NCBI RefSeq assembly: GCF_036588685.1
Contig: NC_086376.1
Location: forward strand, 86,159,630 to 86,223,629
Direction of reading: 5' to 3'
Length of the DNA stretch: 64,000 bases
Source of the DNA: Mytilus trossulus
Lineage: Eukaryota
The notes beneath the pieces were generated by a model that did not search any database, was not told where the DNA came from, and saw only the letters and a list, made by a program, of their open reading frames with translations. The position numbers and the translations under genes were made by a program. Numbering within the stretch: the stretch's first letter is position 1; every line of letters begins with the position of its first letter. Positions 37,095 to 49,500 of the stretch are shown piece after piece.

Positions 37095-37360
37095 AGATTA
37101 AAATAACAGAAATACTGATCTCCGAGGAAAATTCAAGACGGAAAGTCTCTAACTAAATGGCAAAATCAAAAGCTGTAACTCATCAAACGAATGGATAACA
37201 CATGTCATATTCCTGACTTGATACAGGGATTTTCTAATGTAGAAAATGGTGGATTAAACCTGGATTTATAGCAGCTAAACCTCTCACTTGTATGACAGTT
37301 GCATCAAATTCCATAATATTGACAACGCTGCTTGAACATAACAAACAGACATAATAGGTA
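37095..37360 (-). repeat. Non-autonomous repeat family B carrying a twister-P5 variant (core 37203-37297)
   Basis: UGUCAUA(P5) CAA GUGA GAGGU ... UAA UCC ACC hairpin(P3) CCUG UAUCAAGU CAGG AA UAUGACA(P5). Other copies or fragments at about 2250-2365, 4600-4740, 11205-11345, 13990-14080, 33060-33300, 35347-35560, 38860-39070, 51395-51665 and 57395-57455. Confidence 0.75.
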
Positions 37361-39349
37361 AAGCAACATATATGATTGTTTAGTCCTTGTGCGATATGAT
37401 TGTTCATTCCTGATCCTGATTTTGTTTAAACCGGATCATACCGCTAGTGACGTCACATACACAAGTATAGGGTATAGATTTCCAAAGTGTAATTTGATTG
37501 CCACGTTGTAAGAGTACATTTTAGTAACGAAGTAATATAAAACTAAGGAGATGTAGGATAATAATCAATCAGACGGCTGTCTAATTTAATGAAAATCCCA
37601 AAAATGAAAGGTGAATGAAAAATAAAACATATATTGAATGTAAAATCTATGCAATATATATTTAAGATTCTAATGAATTCATTTACTTTATTCATGTACT
37701 ATATTCCAAAGTTATATAAAATTACACATTGAATTTGTTTTCATTTGACTGTTATATATGAAATTGTTGATCAATCATAATTTTACGAAGACGCTAGAAA
37801 TTATTCCATGCAAACGAGATTTCTACATCTTTAGACCATGTAAATGAAAAAGAAATTAGAGAAATTGATAATATCACCTTTTATCTTGTATTGTTCTGTT
37901 CTTTTGAGCCTTGCTTTAAAAGAATGTATTTAATCAATTTTTGCTTTCGTTTGTTTATTTTTCTTTTGTATTCCTTATGAAATAGTATCTAGACATATGA
38001 TTCAAAGGAAGCAAATGCAAATTTGATTATCGCTCAATATGATTGATCATTACTTAGTCCAGGATATTTCCTTTGAAATATGCTAAAGTGTAGGAAGTTA
38101 TAATGTATGAAACACGAGATTCTCAACAAGAAACACAGATTGAATATTTCCCTTTAGTTTAATATTTTCAATATTTCGGTAAGAAATTCTTGAATATCTT
38201 AATATGAGTAGCTTCGTAGATATATCCAACCGAACATATATATAATGGGTTAATTATTCATCCGTAAAGTAAAGCGCAATAGACAGACCAAAGGACAAAC
38301 TAAAACCTCATACATGTTCCTCTAACCTAAACACCATGTTATAAATATGAAAATGAAAATAAACTTATGTTGGGGTATTTATAAATAGTGTATAATTTAT
38401 GTTTTCTTTTTATTCATAAATGTGCTATTTATTTTAAGTATCTGTTGAAAAACATTTTATTCTTCAAATGTGAGCTGATAAATTCTGTCTATAATTTTTG
38501 CATTTCTTCAGTTTAGTCACGTTAAGTATGTACTCTCTATCTCAAATCGTCAATTTATGATGACAAAAAGACAAAGGGTTCTTAAAATAGAACATCAATT
38601 CCAAATGATATATTTATCGAAATAAAGATTCATTAACGAAGTGTGTTGAATGATGCAGTTAAAAAAAAAAGGATGCTATACTAGGCATCATATTTAATTT
38701 CGAAATTTAGGAAGAATGCGAATTTATATAAACGCACAGTCAATGTGATTTCCCGTGTTGTCATATCTTTTTATATGCAATTTAGTCTTTGTTTGTTGAC
38801 ATTGATGTCTATGTGATTTCCTCACACACTATTGTCAATACAAAAAAATTATTTGCTTCTGTAATACCTATGAGAGGTTCAGCGCGCTATAGCACCAGGA
38901 ACTACATGTATCCATAATTTTCTATGGAGAATATCCCTTTATCAAGTTAAAACTTTGACAGTAGTTTTTCATTCGTTTTAGGTGTTTTGGTTTTTGATTT
39001 GTCCATTTGATGAACAACTTTTCGTTTTGAACTTTCCATGGCGTTAGGATTTTTTTGTCATTTTACTTTTTATTGCCGTGTTTGGTTGTAATACAATGAT
39101 ATGAGTATATCATTCCTCATTGCCACAAGCTTATAATTGAATTTTTATAATCTGATGAATAAAGGCGAAAGTAGTTAACCGAATAATGTTTAATCTCATA
39201 TATCAAATAAGAAGACATAAATAAAGGTACGAAACAAAAACGGAGGGTATCGAATGAACTTCAGAAGAAGAGAGACCACTATTGATAATCTTTAGCCTGT
39301 TTAATGCTCTGATAATCCAAAAATAATAATAACGCTTATCATGATTATA

Positions 39350-39720
39350 CAATTGAGAATGGAAATGAAAACCCGACCATAGAAAAGACCACAGCAGAAT
39401 ATCAGCAACAGAGTTTAAATGCAGCGAGAAACTCCCAACCCTGAATGCGTCCATCAGCTGACCCTTAAACAAATATCTATACCTGTTCACCAGTAACAAA
39501 AATACACAAGAAACTAAAATTAAAAATTAAAAATTATACAAGACTTACAAAGGCTAGAGGCTGCTGACTTGGGGCAAGTGCAAAAATGCGGCGGGGTTAA
39601 ATATGTTTTTTGAAATATCAACCCTCCCCTTATACATCTAGCCAATGTAGAAAGTAAACGCATAACAATACGCGTAGTAAAATTCAGTTCCTGATAAGTC
39701 CGAGTCCGATGTCAGAAGAG
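39350..39720 (-). mobile_element. Older 3' fragment of the Penelope-like element with degenerate twister (39552-39643)
   Basis: Colinear with 20570-20965. P2, P3 and P5 are largely retained; P4 is mutated. Confidence 0.8.
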
Positions 39721-40397
39721 AAATCATCTATTTTATCATATTTTTTTGTATTAATCTTTCCGTTTATGATATAGATATCAAGATCGAGGAAAGGGCAGTG
39801 GTCATTGTTTGTATAACGTTATTTTTAAAGTATGTTCAACAGGATAACTTTCTTTAGTATAGATACTGAAGTCGTCATCCAAATATCTAAAAAAAAAAAC
39901 GTTTACTTTAAATCTTTTAAGGACGCGTGGAAAAGCAGATAGTCGTGTGCGTAATGTTTGAAAAAAATAGTTGTTTGCAAATCTGAATGTTTAATCAGAA
40001 AAACTGAATATATATAATGTAATGGTCCAGATTTTACAAAATGTGTTTGTAGTGCTTAAACCAGATTTAACGACAAATGAAATGTTAGCAAAACAACCAG
40101 ACAGATGTGAAACAGATCCTGTCTTCAAAACATTATATGAACTACAAACATTATAATTGTCGATTTATTTCGAGCTTGGAATTTAAAATGATTTTAAAGA
40201 ATTTATTCTAACTATTTAGACTTGCATATATAAAAGCTGTAATTACTATAGACATACTGCTTTGTTGTAAAATAACTTCAGTGGCTCAGTTTTAAAGTAT
40301 ACATTTCGTGATATAGAATGCTTTCTGGCATTTTTTACAAGATTTCTAATTAGTGATTACATATTTTAGTGCCTGACAAAAATAGTCAATATATATT

Positions 40398-40556
40398 TAG
40401 TTATCAAAGTTACCAGGATCATAATTCAGTATGCTTTCCGCGCGTTTCATCTACATAAAAGGCATTAGTGACGCTCAGATCATAATATTTATAAAGTCAA
40501 ACAAGAACAAAGTGAAAGAGCATTGGGGACCAAAAACTCCAAAAAGTTTTGACAAA
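40398..40556 (-). mobile_element. Degenerate hammerhead repeat copy
   Basis: agttatcaaagttaccagga...cgcgcgtttcatctacataaaaggcattagtgacgctcagatc, colinear with 36353-36480. Confidence 0.7.
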
Positions 40557-40655
40557 TATAAAATTTCTGAATCTGACAGCCATTTCAGAAAAAATGACAT
40601 ACAAACTTTGCGTTATCTAACATTGTTTGGCAAATTGTTAGACGAAGTAACTATA

Positions 40656-41911
40656 CACATGGAAAAAAGTATTGAAATTAAAATCAAATAAACACTTTTC
40701 ATTTTTTGGGGATATAATTTGGTAAAATAGAACTAGTTAAACATTATTTAAGTATCACCTGAGTTTAATCAATTAATATCGACTCGATAATTTTTCATCT
40801 GCACATGCAGCTATTGTACCCGTAAAGAGCAAAACAGTTGTTTTTGTCCTCATTGTTTTCAACCCTTTAAATAACCAAATTTTTAAAGTTATGTGATTGA
40901 CACCTTATAATGAGTCCTTGACAACTCTTAACTGCAGCAAGATGGCAGATTATCAGCCTAAGGGAAGCAGGGATGTCGCTGTATTGTTGGTCATTACCAT
41001 TTCACTATAAGTCGTTTTGAGAATAAATCAGGTAATAAACGCTGTTAAAGACATTCCGAGATAATGAAGACCCCTATACCATTTGCTAAGGAAAATCAAG
41101 TATAATGACGGTTGGTCAGAAGGAAACCCATTGCATACAAGACAATCCTAAAAAGAGAGTGGTGGCCATACAGGAGCCTTTTAACAAGAACTGTTCGAGA
41201 TCGACTCATCGCTACTGGTTATCGTGCGATCAAACCATTTCGGAGACCTTTGCTAACGAACAGACACACAGTTCTCCGTGTCCAATGTAGTGTAGAGCTC
41301 GCCAAAGTTGGAAATAAGCATCGTGGAGGAAGATCCAATGTTCAAATGGAATTCGATTCATTCTCCATGGCACGATCGTAGCCCGGATTTTAACCATATC
41401 GAGCATATTTGGGACACTATTGGGCGGAAAGTGCGCGAAAAGACACCCCAGTTCAAACGCATCATGAAATAAACAATGCCCTTAATCAGAAATGGTTGCT
41501 GCTACCTTAGCAACAAATTAATCGATTTATGGCAGGAATCAGAAGACGTTTAGATGCGGTTATCTGTTTGAATGGAGGCTGCGCACAAAGTACTAATTCT
41601 TTGGCATATAACGATCAACCATGATATAAACAGTCATCTAAGAATTAATTATGAAATGTCTGACAAGTTCGACTACAGGAAAAGTTGTAAAATGCATTTT
41701 TTTGTACAAAAAACACTCCATTTTTGTATTAAAATTGTGGTAATATAACTCATTTTTTTGTTAAACATTTTTTGTTCGTTTCAATGCCAATGTTATCATA
41801 AACTATGTTTCAAAAATATTTTACACATATTTTATTATATTTCATCCAAAAAAAGAGGCTGATTTTTCAAGTTTTAAAAAATCAATGTGTTGCAATACTT
41901 TTTTCCATGTA
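40656..41911 (+). mobile_element. Internally deleted Tc1-family DNA transposon
   Basis: TA-flanked TIRs (C/T)ACATGGAAAAAAGTATTG. Transposase remnants: RTVRDRL..GYRAIKPFRRPLLT, WRKIQCSNGIRF (SDESRF box), PWHDRSPDFNHIEHIW (SPDLNPIE box), RRRLDAVICLNGG. Confidence 0.88.
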
Positions 41912-44900
41912 TATATATATATATTCAACAGTTAATTACTAGTATATTCTTGCAAATAACCAATTGGCAGAACCCGTTAGAGCTGGTTCCTGTTTTTGTT
42001 TTTGAATGGTCATCTGTTTAATGTAGATAAGATATACATTTGGCACTCAAAAGCCTTGAGCAATCACATGCAAGAGCTTTATTTAGAAACTTGTTTTCTT
42101 TTGTCAATGCAAATATCAATATCACTTGTTAGTAAAGAGTTTTATCGCTGCAGGTTCTATTGTTAAGGATATTTCAATACGTATTAACTGTCAATTAAAT
42201 ATGGCATCAGAACGAAGGTGAACCTAACGGTATTGTTATTGGACGAGACAGAATGATATCATTAACCAAATTCATGTTAATTTCTACGGTAAACATCTAA
42301 TATCTCAAAACACTGTACGGGTTATTTAGTTCTGACAAAATGAATTGAAAACAAACAAAAAAACAAAGCGCACGTGTCTTTTTCGCCATGTCAGATTCCT
42401 ATTTTATATAGAATATAGTAATCATACAATGATTTAAAGAATGTGTTTGGTCAAACTATTGTCCAGTGCTAATTAATTAACATATCTACGAGAATATATA
42501 TGCAAAACTGAGGCACAATTGACCTCTTACTTTTCCCAACTATTCTGTTTAGGATATTCATGCTGTTTGAAACAATCAACGTCAGATTAGAGATTATGGA
42601 CAAACAGAGGTCAAAAGTTTTAAGGTCGAAAAGCAACAGTGTCATTGCCTTTTAGAAACGTTCATTGGTTAACTTTGTTGTGTAATAACTGTTTCAATGA
42701 CGAATATGCCATATAGTTTCTTTTCTTTACGAATGAAAAACTCAATGAATTTCAAAACTGCAGACCTTCCAGTGTGTTCATGTGAACTAAATGCTTAATA
42801 ATATATATAGGTCAAAGATCAAATTGTTCACTTACGTAAAATTACCGATTTCATTATTTTTCCTTTTTGTTCTTTCCTTTGAGTTATTTTTGATTTTGCT
42901 TTTCACCAAGTACTTCTTATATCACTACCTCCAATCTCAACCCTACAAATTAAAAAACACTGCAATGCTAAAGATATTTAGTTTATTCCAAGTCTTTTGT
43001 AAATTATATATCAGTAGTACTCAATGTTCTGCATTTTTTACTCTGAAAGAATTTTTTTTTATATTTATATCTGGTAAAATACCAAGCCCGGTGGTACTGT
43101 ATATGCAAAGGAACCCGTGTTTTGGCTTCGTCATTAATAATAGAGCAACATTTTGTCTATACATCTATACAGTTATAACATTAACGTGATATATTTAATG
43201 CACCAGATGCAGATTTGAAGAAAAATGTTAATTATAGGCCCAAAAGAACACAAAGAATTATCAAAAACTGGATAAAGAATCAGATATTTGGATTGGGAAA
43301 AATATATTTAATTCAAAATAATTTCCAAAATTATATAACAGCAAAGTGCTTAACACAATATCAGTACTTTCCTGCTGGTTATACTCTCATAAACAAAGAG
43401 TCTACTGGCAAAGTATGTTATGATTGCAAATGCGACAAATATAATCAAATATACCTAACTACAAGAATATAAACAGCTACAATAGATCAGCGTACGGTTT
43501 ACAAAAATGATTGAAACCAACTAATACAAAAAGTGCTTTTTACAAAAATGTTAAAATTTGACATGATGATTTGCAACATCAGTTTTAGCACCATTATATT
43601 GATTTATGTTCTTAAAATTTACAGTCGAAATGTTTCTTTATATTATTGTCCATGCCAAAACACTTGTTCCGTGACATATATAATAGCCTCGGGACTGGGT
43701 ATTCACCAACGGCTGATGTATCAAAAATATCCATGCTCGCGGATGTTTATAATATATATGTAAGGACAAATTTAGTAGAATGCGTATGCTGGTAATATAT
43801 ATTCGAAATTCGAAATTTTTGGCTAATAATTAAAATGTTGTCCAATAGCCATCTGGTGCAGTACAATTTATATATATCTTAACTTTTGTACATTGCCTTT
43901 TTGGTATTCAGTATCAGAAACTCAGTATGGCTGTTTTCGTATACAATCCTTTATGAAATAAACTCTACCATCATTAAGGAGATCGATTACTTCTTGTTTG
44001 TAAATAGGTTTATATCTGTAATTAATGGTTAGGCACAAGCTTGAAAATGTCTATTAAACATAAAATAACTTGATTCATTTTAGCGTCAATAAATATTCAA
44101 ATATATTCCCTAATGGGATAATTTTAAGACTATTTAATGACCATACAACTTAGCTGAACAAGATAGCATAACTGACCAAATTGGAAATAGTTTTACTTGT
44201 ACGAGTGAAAAAAGACCATTAGCTGTTATATTGATATCAATGGCTATTCGGCTGATGGGGTTTTGAGGTAATCACTATTTTTTATTATTGACCGAATAAA
44301 ATGATCTAAAAATAAAGTAACAAAAAGTGATGAGGAAGATAACAAATAGAAATTCAAACTCCTAAGTCAAAATCAAACTCGCAGTACAATGCCCCCAAAC
44401 AAAACGAAAATCTAAAAGAGAGACGAAAGATACTAGAGAGAAATTCAAACTAAAGACGACACTCAGCAGTACAAATAACACAAAATAAAAAATTAAAGAC
44501 TGAAAAACACGATCCTATCCTTAAATTGAGGGATGAACCAGGACCTTTTCCTGCTCCGCATGAAGCACCCGTCATATATAACAGTGTTCTGTTCTTTTCT
44601 CCTGTTTTTTTTTAAATACAGTATTTTCATTATGTAAGTAGAATTAGTTGATTAATTCTTTAAACAGTTGAAACTAAAGTAGACTTAATATTTCGTCCTG
44701 TGGTTCGTAACTAAAGGGAAATGATCGGACAAGATTGTTTTATGAAATAAGCAAAATTTGATTCAGTCATGCCTTTTTTATAGAAGTTTTTCATTCAAAT
44801 GAGGAATTGGTGTGACTTTTCCCTTTGGATACCTTTTTAAAAAGCCCAGAAAAATTATATCGATAATAAACTAGCAATACAACAAAATGATATAACTCAG

Positions 44901-45762
44901 AGTGTTAGGCATAGACAGGAAAGGTGTAAATTTTGTTTTGTTGCATGAAATGAAGTCCGTTTATTTAATGAAGAGGCATTGACTCGTGAAATGCACTAAA
45001 ATATACTTGTTAAACATTGTCATGTTGATCAGGCATATCCTCTTTTAACATAGCTACTTAGGATGTGATTGCATCTTTTCTTTTCGCTTGTTAGAGAGGA
45101 GTTTTAAACAATTGCTCCGGATAGCCCAGTGAGATGCATCAAGTGCATGAATTTAGTTCAATTCTCTTGTGCTAATGTTTTTTTACGGTATAATTGTTGA
45201 ATATTCATATTTTCCCCAAACTTTTCCCTATGCTATAAGTAGTACATTATTTCATTCAACTACTGCTGAATCAAAGCTTATACGTGCATGCTTCATTTCT
45301 GTCATGGTATTTCGCGTGACAAATGTGAATATCAATATACCAAACCATTGCTCAGTCTGATGAAACCACCTTAAAACAAATGGATAGGAGTGGACTTTGA
45401 TTACCACGCGAAACGTATTTCTAACATTTCTTGTATTATCAATGTACTAATCTTTTGATTAGAGCAGATTATTGAAAAAGACTTCCTTGTTACCAAATAT
45501 ATATACATATGACTGTTCAAATGATAATCTGTCATTCATTAAATGTCAACAAACAAATACAATTCTATTAATTGCATTTCTTCTTCCGTTAACACCCATA
45601 TACCACAACCACTGATAATAATCATACTAATAAATAACAACAAATAGTAAAGTGCAATACCACACGACAGAGCCGAGGGCTGGTTTAATAACAACCATTA
45701 AATGATATTTATTGTATACAAATTTCGAATCAGTACGAAAAGTCATCATTTATATAGATATA

Positions 45763-45901
45763 TATACAACTCGTCTAAACATCAACCAAATTAGATCTGT
45801 AAATTTGCTTCTGCAAATTCTTGTTCTTCCCTCGCCGGGATACGAACCTATGCTACTGAGATATCGTGACACCAAATCGCCTGCACTCTAGCCTTCCCGC
45901 T

Positions 45902-45935
<34 letters not shown>
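45763..45935 (-). repeat. tRNA-derived SINE-like fragment embedded in (TA)n
   Basis: B-box-like GGTTCGTATCCC on the minus strand (45836-45848), flanked by TA microsatellites. No complete cloverleaf. Confidence 0.55.
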
Positions 45936-45939
<4 letters not shown>

Positions 45940-46339
45940 TAGTATTTCTATACACACAAACATTTGTAAACAATCGATCTCTTAATGTATGATACAAACT
46001 AATATCAAATAGCATGGATGTAAAAATTAACGTGACCTATCGAGTAGACCCTGTCGTACCGAATGATTTAACCGCCAAATCACACAAACCACTTAACCTA
46101 AACGCCACCTATATGGGCAGACAATTCAGAAGAAAATAATTTCATTCTAATTCATAAAATCAACCGACTGAAATTATATTTCTTCTTCCGTTAACACCCA
46201 TATACCACAACCACTGATAATAATCATACTAATAAATAACAACAAATAGTAAAGTGCAATACCACACGACAGAGCCGAGGGCCGAAAACACAAAGAACGG
46301 GAAAATTTAAAAAAGGTGATCTATATCATGTAATAAAGA

Positions 46340-47323
46340 TCTGAAAATAATGCTAGAAATTATCCAAAGAATCCTTCACGATAATATCGTTTACCGTTTC
46401 GGAACACCATCTACCGTGTCTCTATAAACTTAAACCTAAATTAGCACAAGCACTAGCACCTTCAGACCTAAAACTGTGAAACCCATAACACTTACTATCA
46501 AGAACATACGACAGAACACTTCAATAAAGGGCTCGCGCATCCTATAGTATGACACTGGCGTATTCTTTTACGTAAAACATCAACATCTAAACATTTGGAA
46601 AAAATCCAAACAAAAAGTAGAATAAAATAAATTAATAAGTAACCCCATCAAAATAGCTAGAAAAATCAGCCCAATGCAGAAATAAATCAAATGTTTCACT
46701 GACACTTATACGAATGACACTGAATCGCCTTCTCTCAATCTGTATACGCTTGTTTTGAAACGTTAAATGACAATAGACATATAATGATCTAAAATAACTT
46801 AAAATAATCACTTCGTCGAATAGATAGCAAATCAACTCGCAAAAGCACTGAAACACGTACAAATATCAAATACGCTGATTATACAAGTCACCAAAAGAAA
46901 ACATAACAACCCAGATTACATGCAGTAATTCTAGCGAAACAGACTCCTTTATATTCGTAGGAGTAGGCAAGCTACGCCTCACATCTTCTAGTAGGTTAAT
47001 AACTAAAGACGAATTCGTCGGTAAACATGATGATCCAATAAGAGAACGTATCCACTGTAAAGAGTAAAACGGTTGTTCAACTGGACTAACAGTATTTCTC
47101 GAATGTGTCAATACAGCTAAATATAAAACAACGTAAAAAGCTTTTGCTGGTACAGTATAACCATTTTCAATTCTGTTTGATGCAGCCCAATTATTCCAGC
47201 GTAAAATACTCAGATAATATCCTTTATAGTCGAAACTGCTAAGATTCCTACATAAGTTCTGAGAGAAAATTCACTTTGCTAACTAGTGAAGCAGGTTAAT
47301 TCTGCAATTCTTCCGGTGAGTGC
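46340..47323 (-). pseudogene. Tyrosine recombinase pseudogene
   Basis: N-domain remnants LAVSTIK, LRWNNWAASN, PAKAFYVVLYL and SPVEQPFYSLQWI. Then LLSIRRSD, the HxxR box YGFHSFRSEGASACAN, and RHGRWCSE...VKDSL, with multiple stops and frameshifts. Confidence 0.82.
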
Positions 47324-47486
47324 CTGCAAAAATATATTTGTAATTAAAAAATAAAACATAACTAATAAAAGCAATCTAAAATTATAACTATCAGCTAAGT
47401 ACTATGCATCTAATTATCCACAAAATTCATATGAAATCTCAAATCAAAAACTGAGATTCAAATCTAGTAAAGCTAGTAATCTATAC

Positions 47487-47650
47487 CAAGAGATCAAGAG
47501 AGATCTATCATATACATGCAAGAGATCAAGAGAGATCTATCATATTCATGCTCACATCAAAGTGATCTATAATACATGCTCACATCAAAGTGATAGTATA
47601 CATGCTCACATCAAAGTGATCTATAATACATGCTCACATCAAAGTGATAT
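47487..47650. repeat. Tandem minisatellites inside the YR retrotransposon
   Basis: caagagatcaagagagatctatcata x2, then catgctcacatcaaagtgat(ctataata) x4. Further duplications at 47799-47835 and 48085-48165. Confidence 0.8.
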
Positions 47651-47799
47651 ATGACTGGATGAAAAATCCATCATTAATGCTATTAAATATGCAAATGTTA
47701 AATCAACATTGCCAAATATGGTCTTTTTACTCTACCAGCTATATAAGCATGTCTGTAAGTAGAAAGATCCATAAAATTTGTCACTTCAGAAAAGAAACC

Positions 47800-49500
47800 A
47801 TCACCATATAGAAAAAACATCACCATATAGAAAAAGCTTTAGCCAAAAAACCAGCAGAGAGCCAGTATAGAGTAAAAGTTTAATTTTCACTGTCGAAAAT
47901 ACATTAATTCTTGTGGGAACAAAGAAACAGGTGAAACGAACAACCCGTTAATCCCTCGTCAATCAACCGTGAAAGCGTCAATACCTGACGAATTCACATT
48001 CCAAAATCTGGAATAAAAAACTATCAATTTAAAAATTGTCACCAGAGGTAAACTAGTCAACCTTATGAGGTCCCCTAAGGGATTCAACTATCTGAAATAC
48101 AAATTCAGAATTAGCCTGTAGCCAATCATCAACTATCTGAAATACAAATTCAGAATTAGCCTGTATTCAATCATGTTAATCAACAATCCGACTAAGATAA
48201 TCTGCTCTCTTATCCTCAGTACGTAGACTCACTACCATGTCAATATAAACATTGTGCAATATATATGTGCTAAAATGTCTAAAATCAACTTTTGCAATAC
48301 TGATGTCGTGCTCCTTTTACTAACAACATTTTTAAATGTGGTTACTAGTAATCTTATATTGTTGCAAGCTAAAAAGTTTATCAACGACAAAAATACATTT
48401 TTCACTGCTGTGAACTCCTTCCATTTGGAACTTGTAGAAACCTCACATTCTATAAACCACATATCGTGAACAATATTACATGGGTTTTCACTGTACGCTA
48501 TAGTCTGCCAAGAACTTCAGATTTATAAGGTTTAATATTGGCTTCATGTGCATTTAAAACCTTAAATCTTTTTATTAATAAGACCAATACTGTCTACAGA
48601 TAAATGTATATTACTGCTCCAGTATGAATGAACACTATTTATATCATTAGACAAATGTTTTGTCAATAAATATACAATATTGCCTATAACTTGAGAAATA
48701 GATATATTAAGCTGTCCTGGTTACCAAAGAAGCTATATCTCCCTAACAAATACTTTCCGTTTTAGCTAAACACAAATCAATGTATGAAATGATATTCATT
48801 AGCTTGTGTATACAATTGTCAGGAATAGTAAAAACTCCTTTATCTTAGGCCCTGAAATTATAAGGTTTTAATAGTAGTCCACAGACGTCTCAGCCTTGGG
48901 TATAAAACCGCTACTTGTTGTATTACATAATTCCTCATCGTCATGTGTACCGAATGCATCGTCTGAGTACATAATAATCTGCTTATTTTCTTCTCTCCAT
49001 TTTAATGAGATATTCTAGTAAAACTATAACAAGCAGAAACACCGTTAAAGTCCCATACAAATCATAGATATTTAGCATGAGGTAGAAACATATATAGACT
49101 AATGTATAACATACTTAAACGTATATGAATTGGTATAAATGTAATGTTTTGCAATACGCATATCTTCAAAGTTTACACTTGTCTTCCGCAAATACCTGTC
49201 ATATTCTGTCTCAAATCTGATTTTTAACGTGTTGTTTAACTGAACAGAAACAGTTAACGGATTCACAACAAAGTGAATATTTGACATCTCTACAATTAAA
49301 TCATAGCTAATAAATTAGTAATCGCTGATTTAACAAAAGAGGTATCTTAAAAATAATAAATTATTTGACAAACAATAATCGATATTGTATGAATAGAAAG
49401 GTAATATACAACCATCTCTTATAGTATCTATAATAAATATAGGCGTATCAATATCCATTTAAAATTGAATGTTTCTGCTAAGTCTATCCTTAATAATAAT
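47800..49500 (-). pseudogene. DIRS-type RT / RNase H / methyltransferase pseudogene
   Basis: Frameshifted remnants: FIIDTIRDGCILPF, FVVNPLTVSVQ, VNFEDMRIA, KWREENKQIIMYSDDAFG (YxDD at ~48958-48969), SGFIPKAE. RNase H: SSKWKEFTAVKNV and RADYLSRIVD. MT: FYSRFWNVNSSGIDAFTVD*RGINGLFVSPV. Confidence 0.82.

Noticed and set aside
42791-43763. ORFs of 76-132 aa in AT-rich DNA
   Set aside because: F/L/I/K/Y-biased low-complexity translations with no motifs, as expected by chance. The same applies to most short ORFs in the track.
45790-45903. tRNA gene
   Set aside because: Only a B-box-like motif is present, with no acceptor stem or full cloverleaf; better explained as a SINE fragment.
46632-47111. 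Possible SGNH hydrolase ORF (GSS and FDGV words) suggesting an Ngaro element
   Set aside because: The same DNA reads consistently as a frameshifted tyrosine recombinase, and an MT domain is present.
47487-47650. CRISPR-like array (also 18889-19020 and 24569-24696)
   Set aside because: Contiguous tandem units without unique spacers, no cas genes, eukaryotic context.
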